Positions 1-24,699 of a DNA stretch of 64,000 bases are shown here, in pieces. Each line of letters begins with the position of its first letter. The stretch's first letter is position 1. The translations under genes were made by a program, and so were the position numbers. Below the pieces are notes generated by a model. That model had not been told where the DNA came from. It saw nothing but the letters and a program-made list of their open reading frames with translations, and made no database searches. Source of the DNA: the human T2T-CHM13v2.0 reference genome, Homo sapiens; the NCBI RefSeq assembly GCF_009914755.1, contig NC_060947.1; one strand, written 5' to 3'.

Positions 1-33
1 AGTAGATACATACTTAGGTAGATAGAGGATGAG

Positions 34-80
<47 letters not shown>

Positions 81-266
81 CAGATAATGGTAATAGATAC
101 ACACTTAGGTAGATAGAGGATGAGAGATAGATAGATAGATAGACCGATAGATAATGGTAATAGATACATACTTAGGTAGATAGAAGATGATAGATAGATA
201 GACAGACAGACAGATAATGGTAATAGATACATACTTAGGTAGATAGAGGATGAGAGATAGATAGAT

Positions 267-313
<47 letters not shown>

Positions 314-490
314 GATGGTAATAGATACATACTTAGGTAGACAGAGGATGAGAGATAGATAGATAGATAGACCGATAGATAATGGTAATAGATACATACT
401 TAGGTAGATAGAAGATGATAGATAGACAGACAGACAGATAATGGTAATAGATAGATACTTAGGTAGATAGAGGATGAGAGATAGATAGAT

Positions 491-532
<42 letters not shown>

Positions 533-635
533 CAGATAATGGTAATAGATACATACTTAGGTAGATAGAGGATGAGAGATGGATAGATAGACAGATAATG
601 GTAATAGATACATACTTAGGTAGATAGAGGATGAG

Positions 636-666
<31 letters not shown>

Positions 667-773
667 TAATGGTAATAGATACATACTTAGGTAGATAGAA
701 GATGATAGATAGATAGACAGACAGACAGACAGATAATGGTAATAGATACATACTTAGGTAGATAGAGGATGAG

Positions 774-821
<48 letters not shown>

Positions 822-880
822 GATGGTAATAGATACATACTTAGGTAGATAGAAGATAGACAGATACTGGATAGATAGAC
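1..880. repeat. Compound (GATA/GACA)n satellite with a higher-order ~60-90 bp unit
   Basis: Core ATGGTAATAGATACATACTTAGGTAGATAGAGGATGAGAGATAG recurs about 12 times, separated by variable GATA/GACA runs. Confidence 0.95.
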
Positions 881-1019
881 GATGTAAAATCACTAGCAGC
901 ACTTTTGGGAAAAGGTGTTGTATAAACTGGATCAAAGACTAACTCTGAGCTACACACATATGAAATCTCACCCAGAGGAGACCCCACTGCTCACAAAGAC
1001 CTCAGTCAGGAGCGGGCGA

Positions 1020-1565
1020 GCTGTATTTTTATGCTAAAATTTACACAAAGGGACGGCCCCAGGCTCTCCCTCCTTTGCAAGCTGTGGTCAGTCACGCCGT
1101 CTGGCCGAGGAATCCGGCTTTCACAGGGGGAAGCAAATAATAGGACGGGGAAACCGCAGGGTCCTTGGGCACTCAGAGCTGTCACTCATCACAAATCCAT
1201 AAAACAATTCGTGTGGAAGTAATGATATTGTTTAACCACTGTATTTTTGATTAATGTATAAATAATTTAACTGAGTATTTCTTGAGTTTTCAGCGTGTCT
1301 GCCATTATTTACCGGCCCTGTCATGACGGCTGCTGGTGCTCTGCCATATAAAACATCCTCAAGTCCGTCCGAGGAGGCTGGTGGGTTGTTAATGGTCTTA
1401 GGGGGAAACGGCATTGCAGCTATTAACAAGCCGATTAGCATAATCCATTGTGATATATCATCATCCAGAAGTTCATCTGTGCAACTCGATGGGACTGGGG
1501 AATGGCTCTGAAGATCTTATGATACAATAACTATCTATTTGATAAGCAATTAAAAAGATATTTTG
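1020..1565. promoter_or_regulatory. Candidate conserved non-coding element / developmental enhancer
   Basis: Repeat-free island with CTGTCA (1179, 1318), CCATAAAA (1197), TGATTAATG (1248), TAATCC (1441). Confidence 0.45.
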
Positions 1566-1764
1566 AGACACGAGGAGTGAAGATAATGGAACGGAGAGGA
1601 GGAGGGAGGCATGAGGGTGCCACGCTTCAGGGGAACGCGTTTGCTGATGACGGATGGAGCTTGATTCAGCCTGAGCTGTGGATGTCAGTGGCATGTTTGG
1701 CTCCGGGAGCAGCGTGGGGTGGTGACCTAGAAGCTATGGTATTCACGCAGGACTCTCCGCATGA

Positions 1765-2961
<1,197 letters not shown>

Positions 2962-3179
2962 TCATCCCCACTGTCTAAAGCCAAAGTTTTTCTTTTTCAC
3001 CTAAACAGGAACTCTCTATGTATTAAACTACCATTCCTCATACTCCCCGTCCCCCAGCCCCTGGAAATGTCTAATTTTACTTCCTGTCTCTCTGGATCTG
3101 CCTATTCAAGTTTGTTTCTACAAATGGAACCCTACGTTATGTGGTTTTTTGTGTGGCTGGCTTATTTCACGGAGAGTCT

Positions 3180-3502
<323 letters not shown>

Positions 3503-3666
3503 AAGCCTTCTTTTTCATGGCTAAATAATATTTCATAGTACAAATGGAATACAATCTATTTGTTGATTCTTCTGTTGATGGATATTTGGGTTTTTTTTTT
3601 TAAGCTATTGTGAATAATGCTGTTAGGAACTTTGTGGACAAGTACCTGTTTGAGTCATTTTCCAAT

Positions 3667-4332
<666 letters not shown>

Positions 4333-4815
4333 CTTCTCTTCCTTTCTTTGCTTCAGGACTTATTGACAAATACAGCCACAGGGATCAAACACACGGGGAA
4401 AAGCATCCTTATTTTTTTCTTCTTTCCCCAACGGATAAAGGTACTGATCCTCTCAGATCTGGATCTGAGAGCAGTTAAGCCTCCTCGTTAGTTCTCTTAA
4501 GTTGAACTTGCTCTCCTTCTAATGAGGAACAAGGAGGGGTGAAAACGGTGGACATTCCCCTTGTCGGGGAGACCTGACCCATTCAGCTTCCTCTGAGCAG
4601 GCCGGTTGTCCCAAAGACAGACCCCCAGAGGGTCTAACCCACGTTCTCTGAGAGTCAGGTCATTCCTGGGGGCACTTGCAGGGGCCGTCAAGAGGAACCA
4701 GGAGCACTCATCGGGGAGGACTCCCGGAGTGCAAGCACGAAGAAGGAGTTTCCCCGCTTATTCCAGCAGACACCGCCCTGCGCAGCCTAACGCAAGATCA
4801 CCATGTTACCTGTAG

Positions 4816-5360
<545 letters not shown>

Positions 5361-5406
5361 AACAATGGGAGTTTTCTTTACTTCACTTCTTTTTTGCATG
5401 GAGAGC

Positions 5407-5490
5407 CTTATAATTGGATACACTTGGGGCTTATAACTGGATACACTTGCAGCTTATAACTCCATACACTTGCGGCTTATCACTCGATAT
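5407..5490. repeat. ~23-bp minisatellite, ~3.5 copies
   Basis: CTTATAAYTGGATACACTTG repeated. Confidence 0.8.
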
Positions 5491-5591
5491 AGTTATCTTC
5501 CAGCACATGGACTCCGCATCACACAGGGATATGGCTGCAACACAGCAGCTACACATACTCATGTAGGTGAGAGGGATTCCGCAAAACCTCA

Positions 5592-6143
<552 letters not shown>

Positions 6144-6566
6144 TCAGTGCTAGGTGGTCCGGCTGCCCTAACATCACCCAGCTAGCAAGGTGTGGTGCCT
6201 GCTTTCAGCTCAAGTCTGCAAGCCACACCAGGCCTGTGCATTTGTGAGTGAACACAACACATTAGCTTAGTTCACCCCTGAATACGGTGCAAGCACCTGC
6301 TCGTACAAACGCAGTATAGTACTGATGGCTTCAAATGATCTATTATCTATTAGACTTATCTACTGATGGTTATCTATCCACTGAGACTGGCGTTTCAGGA
6401 ATATCCACTCAACCAGCTGTAGCCAAGGGGCCCACGGTGACTGCTCACTGCCTGCATTGACTGTGACCCAAGCCTGCTCTCCAACATTCCTGGGACTCAC
6501 TTTCCCCAACTGTGGAGGAGAAGAGGATTTAACCTGCAGGGTGGTTATGAGAATGTAACACTTTTA

Positions 6567-7024
<458 letters not shown>

Positions 7025-7131
7025 TCATCTTGAGTGAGGGCTCGGAAAATGAGGCTGAGGCTTGCTGGCTGCATTCCCAGAAAGTTAAACATTCCTAGCC
7101 TCTATGTATTTATGGTTAAGAGAACAAATTA

Positions 7132-7489
<358 letters not shown>

Positions 7490-7590
7490 CTATCCAGCTA
7501 TCTCAATATCTGAAGAATGAAGGTATTCCTGATTTTGCTTTAAAGATAATGATATTGATTCTTGCAAAATATAGTAATTAAGAACATTAA

Positions 7591-8366
<776 letters not shown>

Positions 8367-9145
8367 CCAATTTACTTTCTTAATAAAGTTCCTTTAATTT
8401 GCATTACGGGCTTTCCCTGAAGTCTTTCTTGCACAAGATCCAAGAACCTTCTCTTGCCGTCTGGATCGGGACGCTTTTCCTGTAACAATAGGGCCGAACA
8501 CGCTAAGAGGGGAAAGGTGGAGAGATGAGGCTTCCGTATGGGCACTGAGATGGGTCTTCAGCGTCGGGGAGCGGAGAACGGTTGGGGTCTGAACTACAGT
8601 GTCTGCCCACCTCCCCATGAGGAGCTCCAAAGACAAGCTGAACCCCTAAGCTAGTACCAGCCCCAAACTCTGAAGGCCGTTCGTATATTCCCTTTATCCA
8701 CCGGAGGTCCAGGTGGAAGCAGAAAACAGAAAATATTGTCCTTTGTGGCCCGAAGGGAAGATGCCGAGGCCCCGTGACTCTGCTGAGCAGGGGAACCCCT
8801 CACCAGGACTCATCCCCACAGCCGTTTACAAGTCCTCGTTCCCCCAGACCCCCCAGTCCCTCCTGCAACTCAACCTGACCCGCACTCACTCAATGCTGCG
8901 GATCAAGCCTTCTGGGCCTTTTGTTTGCTTTTCCACACACAGTCTGAGCTGCTCAATTAAAGCATAAAAACCATTAGTGAGCCGGGGAGGCCCCTGGGGA
9001 GGCTCAGCCAGTGAACTCCCTGGCCTGTTTCCCCAAGGCAAGCCGAGTGGGCCTCCATCTGTCAGCACTGAGAGGTGGCCGCCACACCTCCAAAACCTCC
9101 AAACGGCTTCCCGGGGGACTGAGGGAGGAGATAAATTGAGATTAA

Positions 9146-9850
<705 letters not shown>

Positions 9851-9920
9851 TGATCAGTATTTTCCGTGTTCTTCTCAGAGTCTCTGACACTGTGGGCCGG
9901 GCCCTGGCTACAGCTGACGA

Positions 9921-9970
9921 GTGTGTGTGTGTGTGTGTGTGTGTGTCTGTGTGTGTGTGTGGGGGGGGGG
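9921..9970. repeat. (TG)n microsatellite followed by a G10 run
   Basis: Direct reading. Confidence 0.97.
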
Positions 9971-9974
9971 GTTC

Positions 9975-10700
9975 ATTTACATTTCAATCTTCACCTCATG
10001 AATGTAAAAGCTCAGCCGGCAAATTAATAACAGGGTGATGAGGACGCCTCCCTGCACTGGGAAGGGGGGCACCACCTCCCCTCGTTTCCAACCCCTAGAA
10101 GCCGACAGCCCCTTCCTGGCCATTGTGTTCGGCAGCCGTCTCATTTACCGGCCCGCGGTGAATGACATTACAGAGAAAGGCATATCCAGAGTGACACAAA
10201 TGTATTTCTGTCCCAAGCAAGGCAGTCTATTTTCATAGAATCAAGGGGCTATTTGTCTGGGGACGATTTAGTTTCCATGAAAAATTAAAATGGTTTTCTG
10301 TGCTGCTATAGGGTGGCGAAATTTAATTTGTCACTCGTTTACTAAAGCAGGTATAAAAAGGAGAAGAATTGGATGTCTGATGGGCTGAAATTGGCGACGT
10401 CCCTCGGTTTGGTCTCCCAAGGCCTGGGGACGCAGAGGCCTGTCCCGGCCACCCCCAACGCCCCCCTCTCCCCACCCTCGGAGGACCTGGTCATCTTAAA
10501 CCAACTTACAGAAAACCTTTGGGGAGGCTGTGCCAATCACCCGGAAAACCACGTTCCTATCGATCCCCTGTCTGCGTGATTTATGGCTTCATTTTACGGT
10601 AATTGAGAATTAGTGAGGAGATGAGCAGGACTGCACGTGGTGACACGGGGTCCACATCTCATTGAATTGCGGGATGACGTGGAAATTAATGTGACACACG
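9975..10700. promoter_or_regulatory. Conserved non-coding element, likely SHOX downstream enhancer CNE5
   Basis: Repeat-free; PBX-HOX consensus TGATTTATGG 10577-10586, TTTTACGG 10592, TAATTG 10600, TTAATTTGTCA ~10323; identity inferred from recalled spacing to two similar islands. Confidence 0.55.
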
Positions 10701-10928
10701 GGAGATGTGGAACAGGGGGCCGTGTGTCTCCAGCATCACACGGGCGTCCCCGGTCACCAGCACCCCCTCCCCGGTCTGCCTTCGAAGGCAGGATGAGGAT
10801 GATTGATCCGAATCGGTTTCAATCCGTCTCAACTGCAGCCCGGCCGATGGACGGGACACTCACAATTGGATTGAGCCTCCTACGAACAAAGTTCATCGAC
10901 AGCCACCCGCAGGTCAATGGCTGCAGCT

Positions 10929-11033
10929 CACCAGCGTGGCACACGTATACGTATGTAACTAACCTGCACAATGTGCACATGTACCCTAAAACTTAAAGTA
11001 TAATCATAATAAAATAAAATAAAGGAAAAAAAA
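10929..11033 (+). mobile_element. 5'-truncated L1PA 3' end
   Basis: GTAACTAACCTGCACAATGTGCACATGTACCCTAAAACTTAAAGTATAAT plus A-rich tail. Confidence 0.92.
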
Positions 11034-11663
11034 TAGGAGGTCTCGTGTCATCCGACCGCCTCAAAATGAAGTTTTGAAAATCTACGTCTTGCAGCCGACA
11101 TGCCAAATCTCTAAAGCCAACCAACAGTGGCAAAGTCGAATTACAGATGGACTCTGCTGGGCTGTTTACAGGATAATCGGCTGCTCTGATCGTGAATAAA
11201 GGTGCTAACTACTCCCCACTGTGCAGAGAGAAAAAGGTTCTAACTACCCCCACCCTACAGAGAGAAATGTCTGCGTCCCGTAAGGGCAGGAGGGGTGACA
11301 GAGGAGATCTGGGAAGCTCTAGGGGTGAAAAGAGGCTTATGTCTGGCCTCAGCCATCTCTCCAAAGCCTTACAGAGGCCTCCTCTGCAGATTTGCACACC
11401 TAAAGCTCGGCGGGGTTTCAAGACCGTTAAGAATCTCTTTTGCATTTGAACAGGGACGTAGGTGTGAACGTAGAGTGTCCAGCAGAAAAAAAAACAAACA
11501 AACAAAAAAAAAAAAAAACGGAGCTGTGGAAAGTTCCGGAGAAGCTCACAGTGTAACAGTGGGAAATTCTTCACCTTCTGGTGCTCGGCAAATTGTTTGA
11601 CAACATCTGGGTAGAAAATGGAGAGCAGAGTCTGTGAACGCTCCCCTCAAGAAAACCCGCTCA

Positions 11664-12147
<484 letters not shown>

Positions 12148-12151
12148 CTAA

Positions 12152-13026
<875 letters not shown>

Positions 13027-13344
13027 CAACCAGGCATGACTGAGGCATTAAACAGAAGGAAAACCTGTCCCTTGCACCAGTAACGTGATTTGCAAAATCC
13101 GATCAGCTATGTGCCTATCGCATACGTGGGTCTCTTATCACATTGGCGGGGACCACAAGCCCTAATGCAATGCAGGAGGTGCGCTAACGAGACAGGGGAG
13201 TCGCTAACGCAATGATCCCGCAGTCAGGGCGAGGCGAGGGGCTGCCCGTCGTGGCCAGAGGTTCCCGGAATAAATTAGCCAAGCGGAGTTGCTGAGTGCG
13301 GGAGGAGGATGAATTAGAAGTCCGACGCTGTGTGGGGAAAATAG

Positions 13345-13569
<225 letters not shown>

Positions 13570-13695
13570 TAATTCTTCACAACGCGTTATTCCAGGTCAA
13601 AGGTAGTCCCACCCCCAGCTAAATCTCCATGGGTAGAAACTGAAATGTCTTCCTTTGGAAAAAGCAGCTAAGCCAGCAGAACTCTGATCATTGGC

Positions 13696-14225
13696 TGTGG
13701 TGGTAGCTTGACTATGTCCCCCGAAAGAGACAGGATCATAAGGTCAGGAGTTCGAGACCAGCCTGGCCAACATGGTGAAACCCCGTCTCTACTAAAAATA
13801 TAAAAAATTAGCCGGACACGGGCTGTTTTAACCTGTGCTACCTATGAGTGGGACTTTATTTGGAAATAAGGTTTCTGCAGTTGGAATTAAGTGGGGGAAT
13901 TTGAGATGAGATCATCCTGCATTAGGGGGACCCTAAACCCAATGAGGAATGTCCTTCTAAGAGACAGAAGAGGAAACACAGACACAGAGGAGAAGGCCAC
14001 GTAGAGACGGAGGCAGAGACTGCAGTGAGGCGGCCACAAGCCCAGGGATGCCTGGAGCCCCCAGGAGCTGGGAGAGTTAGGAAGGACCCTCCCCTACAGC
14101 CTCCAGAGGGAACACGGCCCTGAGACACCTTCTTCTCAGACTGCTGGATGCCAGGACTGGGACAGGAAAAATTCTTGTTGTAAAAGCTTCTGGGTTTGGG
14201 GTCATTTGTGTGGCAGACGTAGGAT
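13696..14225 (+). mobile_element. MLT1 (MaLR) LTR containing an Alu fragment (13737-13820)
   Basis: GACTTTATTTGGAAATAAGG..GAGATGAGATCATCCTG..GGCCACAAGCCCAGGGATGCCTGGAGCCCCCAGGAGCTGG. Confidence 0.85.
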
Positions 14226-14372
14226 GTCAGTCACCAGGAGATCACGGATCAAAGCCGAGAAACACTGGGATGAGGGCCCTAGGTTATCCACAGGGGCCTC
14301 GATGAATGAGTTGGATGTTTCCTCATGTGTAGCAGTGCACAGAAGGGCAGGAGGAACTGGGTACCAGGCTGA

Positions 14373-14730
<358 letters not shown>

Positions 14731-15772
14731 GTGTGTTTCTGTTAAGACACGCGAAGCCGTGGTTCTCCCCTGGGCTCCGTCCTCTTGCTTTTGCTTTTTG
14801 AGTTCTCCAGTAATACGAGTACCCTTTACTTTTTGTATCCCATTTTTTATCTATTTTTTTCTCTCTTTTGGGTGTCTGCAACAACCTGGCTGGCTCGGCT
14901 CTCGGCTCTGCAAGACAAATGTTCAGCTTCCTCGCCAGAAAAGAAAAAAGAAAAAAAAAATTCTGGACGGCGTTTCTTGCCTTAAATAAAAAACCGCTTA
15001 TTCACCTCAATGTGGGAGAAAGCTATGATTATCACACCTATATTTCGGGCCCAGGGTAAGCCGAGAATGTCTCTCTAGAATCCCATAAATCCAACCCTGA
15101 AAGGATGAATTCCTCAAACATGAAATTGGGTCCTCACCTGCTTTTCATTATAGGTTTTCAAGAAGTAAATGGTGTTTCCGTTTGTTATTTATATGCTCGT
15201 GGAGTGTAATGGTTGTAATGATTAATACTGAATTTCTGAAATTATTCTAAAAAGACACTTCATAAATATTGAACAGAGCTATTATCCGCATGTATCTCCA
15301 TTTATTTTATTAAAATGGAAATTCAGCAATCATCAATAAAAGCATACTGTGTATTTTGAGAGGGCCCTGGGGAATGGAGTAGAATACAGAATTTTTTTTT
15401 TTTTAAACTTCACTACCCTCTCTTCTCTTTCACAGCTGCATTTGAACCCAGTACAATAACTCTGATGATTTCAGGGGAATGTCCCCTTTGGTGGTTTTAG
15501 GGGACTGTCCCCAAGGGTTATGTCGACGAATCCGGGAAAAATTTGATCAATAACTGGATGTGAACAGGGATATTCAGAACGAGCCCTGTTTGGACTTGAA
15601 TTTTCCAACAGGGCAGAAGCATTTGCAAATATTGATAACATACGTTTCCAATCAGACCTGAATTTTGGATATTTTACTTGGAAGACTTCTCTGGAAGTTT
15701 GGAGGTCTTCAAAGACAAAATCTTGCTAATCCTCTCACTGGGGCTGAGACAGAGGACAGGATTTCTTTCAGC

Positions 15773-16464
<692 letters not shown>

Positions 16465-16852
16465 TAAACCATGATGGGAGTCCCTGGGAATCCAGAGTTC
16501 TGATCTAGAATAACTCAGGGACCCCACTCCCCAGTTTGTAAAGTAGGGAGTTACAGGGCAGTCTTGGGGTGAATGAGGTTCAAATGCCTTGTGTAAATTA
16601 AAAGGTTAGAGGCGGAGATAACGTTGGCCTCTGGAAACCCTAGCGGGGACAGAGGTGCACCTGGGCTGGACCAACAGACACAGAAATTGTTGCAAAGATG
16701 GAAACCATTGCCAATGCTGGTTTGATGGGATTAGGGAAAGCCTCATATATCTGACATCTTTCCTTCTTCAGTTTTCACACAGAAAATCAGAGAAAGGGAA
16801 ATGCCTGCACACACAAAAAGGGAAATTACTGCACCAAAAAAAAAAATTCTGT

Positions 16853-16900
<48 letters not shown>
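16853..16900. repeat. (CA)n microsatellite
   Basis: Direct reading. Confidence 0.97.
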
Positions 16901-16903
<3 letters not shown>

Positions 16904-17033
16904 TCCCTGGAGAATTTCAGGAATAAAGCCAATCACCATTTATGGGGACAATGGAGAGACACCAGAAAGAAAACTATATACCTTTAAAAGTAATTTTTTT
17001 TCCAGGTACAACAGGACTTAAAACAAGTAATGA

Positions 17034-17345
<312 letters not shown>

Positions 17346-17390
17346 ACAACTACCAACACTTTTAAGGTTAAACAGTAAAAGCTATTCTGT

Positions 17391-17400
17391 CTCTCTCTCC

Positions 17401-17458
<58 letters not shown>

Positions 17459-17826
17459 ACACATACATACATATATATACATATATACAAATATACATAT
17501 ATACATATATACATATATACACATATACACATATATACACATATATACACATATATACATATATACACATATATACACATATATACGTATATACACATAT
17601 ATACGTATATACACGTATATACATATATACATATATACATATATACACGTATATACATATATACATATATACACGTATATACATATATACATATATACAC
17701 GTATATACATATATACGTATATACTCATATATACATATATACGTATATATACATATATACACATATATATACATATATACGTATACATACACATATACAT
17801 ACATATGTATACATATATACGTATAC
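17391..17826. repeat. (TA)n-(CA)n followed by (TATACA/TATACG)n compound array
   Basis: Direct reading; alternating purine-pyrimidine. Confidence 0.95.
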
Positions 17827-18151
17827 TGGGGGAAGGGGAGAATTGGGCATAGCCCCAGACCAGAGGGTTTTATTGAGTCTGAAAATCAATAAATACAGTG
17901 TATGGGCTGCAGACAGGATGAGTTATTAGAATATCATGGAGATCACCTGTAAAGATTCTCCGGCAAGCTGGAAATGAGATTACAGGAACTGGGACAGACC
18001 CTGGATGCAGAGGTCTCATTAGCAATCCATGCGTACATTAATTAAGGTAAGCAGTGCCTTTGCTTCCTGAAAACCTGCCTTCCTTGATATTTTCCTCGAA
18101 GACGCTACAAGTTTTGGAGGGCACTAACCTCTCCTCTTATATGTCGATTGC

Positions 18152-18460
18152 TTTTTTTTTTCTTTTTTTTTTTTTTGAGACCACGTCCTTCTCTGTCACC
18201 CAGGCTGGAATGCACTGGCGCAAGCTCAGGTCACGACAACATCCTCCTCCAGGGTTCAAGTGATTCTCCTGCTTCAGCCTCCCAAGTAGCTGGGATTATA
18301 GGCACCTGCCAACACGCTTGGCTGACTTTTGTACTTTTAGTAGAGACGGGGTTTCACCATGTTGGTCAGGCTGGTCTTGAACTCCTGACTTGAAGTGATC
18401 TACCTGCCCTCCATCTTTCAAAGTGTTGGGATTACAGACATGAGCCACCGCACCCAGTCC
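18152..18460 (-). mobile_element. AluS
   Basis: Alu consensus. Confidence 0.93.
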
Positions 18461-18469
18461 CAACTGCTT

Positions 18470-19920
<1,451 letters not shown>

Positions 19921-20394
19921 CATTCTTTGATGAACCAATAGCTAGAGTTTTGCTTGCTGCACTGACAAGACAAGCAAGATATACAACTCATATTGGTCTA
20001 TACTTCATCCACGCATTCCCAGGCCATTTCCCTGAAAGTGGTGTCCAGAACTGGGGGCAGGAAGAGCTGACCAAGTGAGCAAATGACCAGAAAGGGCTGG
20101 AGGGCAAGGATGGTGACCAGGGCCGCTGTCGCAGCAGGTGCAGTGAGTTTACCAAGCATCTAGTCCAGCTTCTCATTTCATAGACGGGGAAGCCGAGGGA
20201 CTCTGAAAAAGGATAGAGCCTCACTAGGAATGGCTGGCCGAGGACTTCCCTGGATATAGACTTCAGAATGGCTGGCCTGGGAAGTCCTGGGATATGCACC
20301 TTTGTCATGCAGCTGGAAAAGATGTGCGGGGATGGAATGTTAGTGTAAACACTGAGGGATGATGGGAGTATGGGCATGAAGGTCGAAGCTCAGA

Positions 20395-21236
<842 letters not shown>

Positions 21237-21237
21237 C

Positions 21238-21594
21238 TGATACGGTTTGACTCTGTGTCCCCACTCATCTCTCACATTGAATCATAATGATCCCCATGGG
21301 TCAAGGGGGGGACCAGGTGGAGGTAATTGAATTACGGGTGCAGTTTCCCCACACTGGCCTCGTGATAATGAGTGAGTCTCATGAGATCTGAAGGTTTTAT
21401 AAGCATCTGCCATTTCCCCAGCTGGCACTCCTTCTCTCTCCTGCCGCCCTGTGAAGAGGTGCCTTCCGCCACGATTGTGAGTTTCCTGAGGTCTCCCCAG
21501 CCATGTGGAACTGTGAATCCATTGAATCTCTTTGCTTTATAAATTAGGCAGTCTTGGATATGTCTTTATTAGCAGCATGGGAAGAGTCTAATGC
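21238..21594 (+). mobile_element. THE1 (likely THE1C/D) LTR
   Basis: TGATACGGTTTGACTCTGTGTCCCCAC..GAGATCTGAAGGTTTTATAAG..CCCCAGCCATGTGGAACTGTGA..TTTATTAGCAGCATG. Confidence 0.88.
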
Positions 21595-21595
21595 T

Positions 21596-22819
<1,224 letters not shown>

Positions 22820-23134
22820 TAGGCATCTTTGCACTTCTAGGTGGCCTTCCTTCTGAGCAGGGGGTATCTGGCTGCCTGTGGCTTTTCTCCAGCAGGAAGG
22901 GGGGTATGTGCATTGGCAGACATCAATGAGCATGAGAGATATGAATAGGGCTGAGAACGGCAGACTCTGCCCTGGATGGTGGGAGATACTCGCCAGAGGT
23001 GGCATTTCTTCTTCTGAGTTGGTCAGCACGACATGCACCCGTGGCAGCCTCTGGGACAGTTTTCTGATCCATAACAAACTTAATGGACTTGGGTGGTCTC
23101 TAGGTTCTCTGGCTTCTGACGCTACATGAACTGA

Positions 23135-23849
23135 TGTATTAGTCAGTTCTTCCATTGCTACAGACAAATACCTGAGACTGAGTAATTTATAAAGAAGAGA
23201 GGTTGGCCAGGCACGGTAGCTCAAGCCTGTAATCCCAGCACTTTGGGAGGCTGAGGTGGGTGGATCACCTGAGGTCAAGGGTTCAAGACCAGCCTGGCCA
23301 ACATGGTGAAACCCCATCTCTAGTAAACATACAAATAATTAGTTGGGCGTGATGGTGTGGGCCTGAAATCCCAGCTACTCAGGAGGGTGAGGCAGGAGAG
23401 TCACTTGAACCCAGGAGGTGGAAGTTACAGTCAGCTGACATAGCACCACTGCACTCCAGCATGGACAACAGAGTGAGACTCCATCTAGGAAGAAAGCAAG
23501 AAGGCAAGAAAGCAAGAAAGCAAGCAAGCAAGCAGGAAAGAAAGAAAGGAAGAAAAAAAGAAAGAAAGGAAGAAAGCAAGCAAATAAGAAAGCAAGAAAG
23601 CAAGCAAGCAAGAAAGAAAGAAAAAGAAATTAAGAAAGCAAGCAAGTAAGAAAGAAAGCAAGCAAGAAAGAAAGAAAGTAAGAAAGCAAGCAAGTAATAA
23701 AGCAAGAAAGAAAGAAGGAAAAGAAAGAAAGTAAGAAAGCAAGCAAGCAAGCAAGACAGAAAGTTAGAAATTAAGAAAGCAAACAAGTAAGAAAGAAAGA
23801 AGGAAAGAAAGAAGAAAAGAAAGAAAACAAGTAAGAAAGCAAGCAAGTG

Positions 23850-23908
<59 letters not shown>

Positions 23909-23930
23909 AAAGAAAAGAAAAGAAAGACAG
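23135..23930 (+). mobile_element. Short THE1/MST terminus, AluS (23205-23490) and ~440-bp (AAGC/AAAG)n expanded tail
   Basis: TGTATTAGTC..CCTGAGACTGAGTAATTTATAAAG; Alu; purine-rich array. Confidence 0.85.
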
Positions 23931-24084
23931 ACTTTCCATCTGATGCTACGCTCACTATTTAAGGGATGTGTTCCATGGAAGCTCAAGCCTCCGCTTCAGA
24001 CAATATATCCATATAACAATCCTGCACACGTGCCCCCGAATCTAAAATAAAAATGAAAAAAGAAACCACTTTCCACGAGCTATT

Positions 24085-24375
24085 TCTTTTTTTTTTTTTT
24101 TTTTTTTTTGGATTTTTTAGTAGAGACGGGGTTTGGCCCTGTTGGCCAGGCTGGTCTCGAACTCCTGACTTCCGATGATCCACCCACCTCAGCCTCCCAA
24201 AGTGCTGGGATTACAGGTGTGAGCCACCGGGCCTGGCCTTTTGTTTGTTTTGTGTTTTTTGAGATGGAGTCTCTTCTCTCACCCAGGCTGGAGGGCAGTG
24301 GCATGATCTTGGCTCACAGCAACCTCTGTCTCCTGGGTTCACGCGATTCTCCTGCCTCAGCCTCCCGAGTAGCTG
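24085..24375 (-). mobile_element. Alu arm fragments
   Basis: Left arm 24085-24236, right arm 24238-24375. Confidence 0.85.
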
Positions 24376-24625
24376 TAAACTTTCACAACTGCGAATTTTT
24401 TCTCCTTCTCACTGTCCCCAGGGACAGTGTCCCAGGGAAGGGACAGCCCTTCCCAATTCGATCTCCCTTGTCAAGCCTGTTAGTGCCTCAACTTCCACTT
24501 TGAAAAGTCACGTCAACGCTGCCTGAATGTGCGGTTGTCCTTAAAAGACCGTTTGAATGAATTGTATTGTGTTTAGTGCAAGGACAAGGAGGATTGGGGT
24601 GGAAATGTGGAAGGGAAACCTCATC

Positions 24626-24627
<2 letters not shown>

Positions 24628-24676
<49 letters not shown>
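24628..24676. repeat. (TG)n microsatellite
   Basis: About 24 perfect TG units. Confidence 0.97.
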
Positions 24677-24678
<2 letters not shown>

Positions 24679-24699
24679 CATTAACGTGCTGCCACTCAA

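Noticed and set aside
1-880. CRISPR-like repeat-spacer appearance
   Set aside because: Spacers are GATA microsatellite rather than unique sequence; eukaryotic context, no cas genes.
13168-13188. CTCF-like motif GCAGGAGGTGCGCTA in a CpG-rich patch
   Set aside because: Lacks the core spacing of the consensus; too weak without ChIP data.
21488-21506. PRDM9 hotspot motif in the THE1 LTR
   Set aside because: Reads GTCTCCCCAGCCAT, which does not match CCNCCNTNNCCNC.
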